From a virus, in the IMG/VR virus record IMGVR_UViG_3300049489_001336, positions 96,001 through 160,000 of that record: DNA of 64,000 bases, one strand, 5' to 3'. Positions within the stretch are counted from its first letter, which is position 1, and each line of letters begins with the position of its first letter. The notes below the pieces were generated by a model. The model saw only the letters and a list, made by a program, of their open reading frames with translations, did no database searches and was not told where the DNA came from. Position numbers and translations under genes: made by a program. Positions 63,383-64,000 of the stretch are shown here, piece by piece.

Positions 63383-64000
63383 ATGGCGAATGAGACGCGA
63401 GATCCTGATACAATCAACGTAAATCGCGCGTTTCAAACAGCGTGGATTGTTTACATCAACGGGCTCGAAGTCCCCGTGTCGTCGGTGTCCATCACAAGCG
63501 GTGTTTGGGAAATTCCCCAAGCAGAGATTGTAATGGTGCCTGACCCCACGATTTTACGCTTTGGCGCAGAAGATCGCGTCACCGTACAAGTTTTTTATTG
63601 TGATCAATGGATAAACCCGGCAAAGCCAGAGTTTAGGCTTTGTTTTGACGGCGAAATTGTGGCGTGGAATTACGTCAACGTAAATAAGAATCGTACGATT
63701 TCTTTTACGGCTATTGATTATATTCAGATATTTACGCAGATATTCTTTTTCTTCATGTCGAGTATTGATGACATGGCGGTTGGTGCAACAGGAGCTTTAT
63801 TAGGCGTAGACGCTAGCGGCGTAAAGCTCGCGGGCCTTGGTGCTTTGTTTCCTTACTCTCTATTTGCACAAGGACTCACACAACAAACACCAACGGCTGA
63901 AGACGGTAGCATCGCACTCATTAAGCGTCCCATTGAGTATGTCTACAACTTGGTAGACGGGATGACTTTGGCGAATATACCTAACCGCAGTCTTCCTGTA
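63383..64000 (+). CDS. baseplate hub-like protein (partial, runs off the window; not in the ORF track)
   Basis: Open frame of 206 codons: MANETRD...WIVYINGLEVPV...LCFDGEIV...FTAID. Confidence 0.6.
   Translation, partial: MANETRDPDTINVNRAFQTAWIVYINGLEVPVSSVSITSGVWEIPQAEIVMVPDPTILRFGAEDRVTVQVFYCDQWINPAKPEFRLCFDGEIVAWNYVNVNKNRTISFTAIDYIQIFTQIFFFFMSSIDDMAVGATGALLGVDASGVKLAGLGALFPYSLFAQGLTQQTPTAEDGSIALIKRPIEYVYNLVDGMTLANIPNRSLPV

Noticed and set aside
1-64000. Alternative genetic code (stop-codon recoding)
   Set aside because: Conserved genes (thyA, DinG, dNMP kinase, tape measure) are intact in the standard code, and TAA, TAG and TGA all terminate genes.

Overview
This is a 64-kb segment of a large (jumbo-type) lytic tailed phage genome, probably with a contractile tail; the host cannot be determined from the sequence. 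Bases 1-54 kb are mostly minus-strand accessory and nucleotide-metabolism genes: a Tad2/DUF2829-like sponge, a vWA protein, two YkgJ-like Cys-cluster proteins, a DHH-like protein, a DEDDh exonuclease, a dNMP kinase, ThyA, an AT-hook protein, a DinG-like helicase and an SLT lysozyme. Bases 54.2-64 kb are a plus-strand tail module: chaperone pair with a -1 slippery site, tape measure, then baseplate and fibre genes. The most striking content is non-coding RNA. (i) There are nine copies of a Y-RNA (YrlA)-like element whose closing stems co-vary. Six carry a circularly permuted tRNA module (T arm, closed acceptor hairpin, D arm) and three are minimal. They lie in a six-copy tandem array (20.9-21.5 kb) and a three-copy cluster around a true tRNA-Tyr (1.5-2.6 kb). 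No Ro60/TROVE gene is present in the window. (ii) There are two copies of a separate tRNA-shaped RNA with a conserved CCUGGACA linker, (iii) a ~196-nt 6S-like RNA, and (iv) three long densely structured intergenic regions at 44.7-47.4 kb. Also present are an 11-kb tandem array of 23 divergent ~140-185-aa ORFs, small early-type genes each fronted by a repeated terminator-promoter-RBS module, and a divergent ~1.5-kb non-coding region with 53-bp tandem repeats (candidate origin or terminus). All calls are by eye, with no database searches or folding software.
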